From the NCBI GenBank assembly GCA_964016885.1, contig OZ024742.1:324384001-324448000 (forward strand): DNA of 64,000 bases, read 5' to 3'. The notes below the pieces were generated by a model. That model did not search any database. It had not been told where the DNA came from and saw only the letters and a program-made list of their open reading frames with translations. Source of the DNA: Eledone cirrhosa. Lineage: Eukaryota. Shown one piece after another: positions 60,085 through 64,000 of the stretch (positions are counted from its first letter, which is position 1; the number at the start of each line of letters is the position of its first letter). The translations under genes and the position numbers were made by a program.

Positions 60085-62871
60085 AGTGATTATAATGGAA
60101 TATTCCACTGTCAATTTTAGCAAGGTGTGAGAAGCTCAATGCGCGTTTCTATATATAAGCTTCTCATCTGTTTAGAAACGAGTGTTGAGATTAAAGATGG
60201 ATTTAATTTAAAAACCTTGGTTTTCGTTAATATATATATATATATATATAATATAGAAATGTCTTCTACAGGACTAGAACTGTTTATATACTCTACGATG
60301 TATTGAGTACCTTACTTACTGTGGTTATCCCCGACTGAACCCGGGACTCACACATACACATATATATATATATATATGTGTGTGAGTGTGTGTGGGTGTC
60401 TGTGTGTCTGTGTGTGTTTGTGTGTCTGTGTGTGTGTGAATGTACTGTTTTAAATGGTTAGATAAAGGAATTAGAACGATGCGGCTGTTTTAGTATCACC
60501 CCCCCCCCCCCACACAAACACAAACACAACACTAACACTCACATATACACACAACTCACATACACACATATATACACATTAACATTTTATGGCATCTAGG
60601 TTTCACTATGCAAAAAAAGAAAGAAACAGAGAAACAAAACTAAAAGAGAATATTTTTCTTTCAAACATGATGCTCTCTTAAAAACTTTAATATATAATAT
60701 TGTTATAAAATGCACCGCATACAGGAATACATACTTGAAACAACATATGGTGAAGATCGTTTTAACAGGAGAAATAACTTTAACGATGTACGAGTATTAA
60801 TGATCAAAGGTGGATATATTTTTTAAGGAAAGCACATCACATGTACATAGCCCACAGCTTAATACACAAGCACAATTATATTAATACATTGACATAACTA
60901 CATTAATACATAGTCACAACTATGCCAGAACATAGAATTCGCTATATCAATAGACATATCTATGTTAATATATAGGTATAACTATGTTAGTACATAATAC
61001 ATAGGCGGAAGAGTTGTTGGAGAGAATGTTTTATAGTATTCGTTCCGGCTTCCCGCTCTCTGAGTTCAAATCCCACCGAGGTCAACTTTGCCTTTAATCC
61101 TTTTGAGGTCAACAAAAAAAGTACCAGTCTAGTACTGTGGTCAATTCTTCGTCTATATCTCTTTCTCATTTCCTCTCTCTCACTTTCTAACTTTCTCTGG
61201 AAGAAATATGCTGTACTCAGGCCTGGAGAGGGATGGGATCCGCTTAAAAAATATCTGCTTAAAAAATCCATAGATTTTACGGCTCTGAGAAAAATACGAA
61301 AAAAGAGCTGATCGGTGTACCATCGAAAATCATGACAGAATGGAGCGGGATTTGAACTCAGAATGCACCATAACCCGATCATATACCGCAAAGTATTCCG
61401 TCTATTTCGTTAAGAATTTCCCTAATTAAATGCCCACGGACCGGATGAAAGGCAATATTGACCTCGATGAAATTTGAATCATAGCGCAGAACGCCGAAAC
61501 AAATACTGAGTGATTTAATCCAACGTCCTAACACAGTAGTCCTCAGATACACAGGTCCCATTCTGTTTTGCAATCCCAGGTTTTATACTCAATTTTGAAT
61601 TGTCCCCTAGTAAGTTTTCACCCGAGTACCATATTAACACGAACAAGCTTTTCAAAACTCATTAATTGCGTAGTTTTAAAAGAGATTAAATCTGATGCAG
61701 CAGTTTTCTGTGAACTGTTTAATTCGTGATCACCCTTATAGTTGGGCATATTGATATTTCATTTAACATACAATGTACACTACTGTTAGGATTCCTCCCC
61801 AATTTATCTTTCTTTCAATGTGCTTAGGAAAAACTCAATAAATAACCTCATGCAATACTGAAGTTAGGAACTTTTGACAGTTAAGGATGAAGACAGGCCG
61901 ATTATAACTACGAATACGAAATAAAAATAAAGGAAAATTACAGAAAAATATAAAATATCAGTGAGTGACGCTTCAGTAATTTTAGATGACTGAAACGGTC
62001 ACAATTGAAATGCTGAGAGAATTTGTAAAGCAAGCATCGTCCATTAGCGTTAACACCTGACTAAAATGCAAACTTGTAGTTGTTATTCTGTTGAGAAACG
62101 GAAATTTAGGGAAAATGCATGCAAACTAGAAAGAGAGCTGTCATGAAAAGGCATCAGAAAAATATCAATGATGCTAGAATCGTTACCGGAAGCAATAAAG
62201 AAGTGCTCTCTTTTATTCCCATAGCTTGTTTAGAGTCATCTGCACCAATGCTGCCAAATATAATTTGTTGTGGGTAATTTGCTCTAAACGTCTCATCTTT
62301 ACTGACAGCAATGGCTATGAATAATTATATCCATCCAACGGCGGCGGGTTGACAAAATAATTAGAGCTTCAACCAAAATTCTTCAGTAGTATTAATTACA
62401 ATCCCTTACATTATCAGTTAAAATCCCGCAGAGGTCAACATTACTTGTCACCCTCCCCGGGCCTGAAACAATAAAATATCTTTCATGTATTTCAATGTTT
62501 TTAATAAATTATACCTCCACTCACAATTTCTCTGACATTTTAAATGCTTTTAGAAATTATTATTTTCATCGAAAAAGCCGCGAGGTCTCAGTACTGCAAG
62601 ACAAGGAATCATCTGCTAAATGTGCAGTGCAGTTGCTACCGTCGTACCTTTCTATAACTCGATTGTGTCCATAGCCAAGACATTCAATTATCTCTTGATC
62701 AGTACACATAGATCTTCCAAAAGGTTCTTCGCCACTCCGGTCTACTACGTGGGAACTTTTCAAAGCCCCATTAGACTTCTTTGGAGGTTCTCAGCTAAAG
62801 TCTATTTGGTGATGTCTTGTGTGTGACCATCTCAAAGCTCTCCCCCTTTACTACTACTACTACTACTGCTA

Positions 62872-62924
<53 letters not shown>

Positions 62925-62927
62925 ACA

Positions 62928-63029
<102 letters not shown>

Positions 63030-63039
63030 ACTGCTGCTG

Positions 63040-63096
<57 letters not shown>

Positions 63097-63109
63097 ATTA
63101 TTATTATTA

Positions 63110-63335
63110 TTGTGGTGGATTGGCAGTATCTATAAAGCGTCGGACATCATGCTTCGTGGCATAGGGTTACGGCCCTTTACATTCTGAGTTCAAATCCCGC
63201 CGAAGTTTTATTTCCCTTTCATCCCTACGGGGTCGATAAAATAAAGCACCAATAATGCACTGGGGTCGATTTAATCGACTTTCCCCCTCACCCAAAATTA
63301 CTGGCCTTGTGCCTATAGTGGAAATCATTATTATA
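63110..63335 (+). mobile_element. tRNA-derived SINE
   Basis: Same family; more degraded copies near 3400-3560, 4070-4170, 9000-9940, 33805-33955, 61000-61530 and 62340-62530. Confidence 0.85.
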
Positions 63336-63554
63336 AATCTGGGAAACAATGAAGTCTGAATCACTTTTATTTCAAGTAAGAGTGAACAAGAAAAAGCCCC
63401 AATGATATCGACAGCTTATAACTAAAAGCTGTGCTTAGGAGGCTTCTGACTACATTCATCATCTATCAGATAAAATCAAAGACTATATATTTATGAATAA
63501 ATATCTTTATGCATTATATATATATATATATATATATAATGCACACGTAGAAAC

Positions 63555-63656
<102 letters not shown>

Positions 63657-63764
63657 GCGTGTGTATGTGTGTGTTTCTCCCTCTCTCTCTCTCTCTAAAT
63701 ATATATGTATATAGATACATAATGCTTACCCAGACACATATATATGCATATATATATGTGTATA

Positions 63765-63801
<37 letters not shown>

Positions 63802-64000
63802 TTGTATATAAAATGTTCTTCTATAGGTAGTTTAGATGTTTATTCTCTGAAGATTAATCTGATTTCAGTCTTTACAGAAGGAGAAGCAGAAGTACATTAT
63901 ATGTCGTTACTGGATTCCGCCATTGCAAATGTATTACTGTTTGAGAAACGTTGATCTATGCAGGAAAATATTTCGACATATGTAAATCCTTTAAGTTATT

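Overview
This is AT-rich eukaryotic DNA saturated with microsatellites. The repeat landscape suggests an octopus or other cephalopod (inference). No host gene is recognisable, and almost all listed ORFs are microsatellite artefacts. The one intact protein gene is a Penelope-like retroelement (PLE) ORF encoding RT plus GIY-YIG at 53193-56984 on the minus strand. It sits in a partial-tandem element whose pseudo-LTRs each carry a minimal hammerhead ribozyme (HHR). The main hidden signal is that many short 'islands' between (TA)n tracts contain type-I hammerhead motifs: about 25 by hand count, in about 15 unrelated sequence contexts. They often have palindromic stem III, are often arranged as foldback hairpins, and some have non-canonical cores (U3-A8, U4A). 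The rest of the window is tRNA-derived SINEs, fragments of RLE, RTE and CRE LINEs, a Helentron-type non-autonomous element, satellites and a 1.4-kb palindrome. All folds and alignments were done by eye; coordinates of degraded repeats are approximate.
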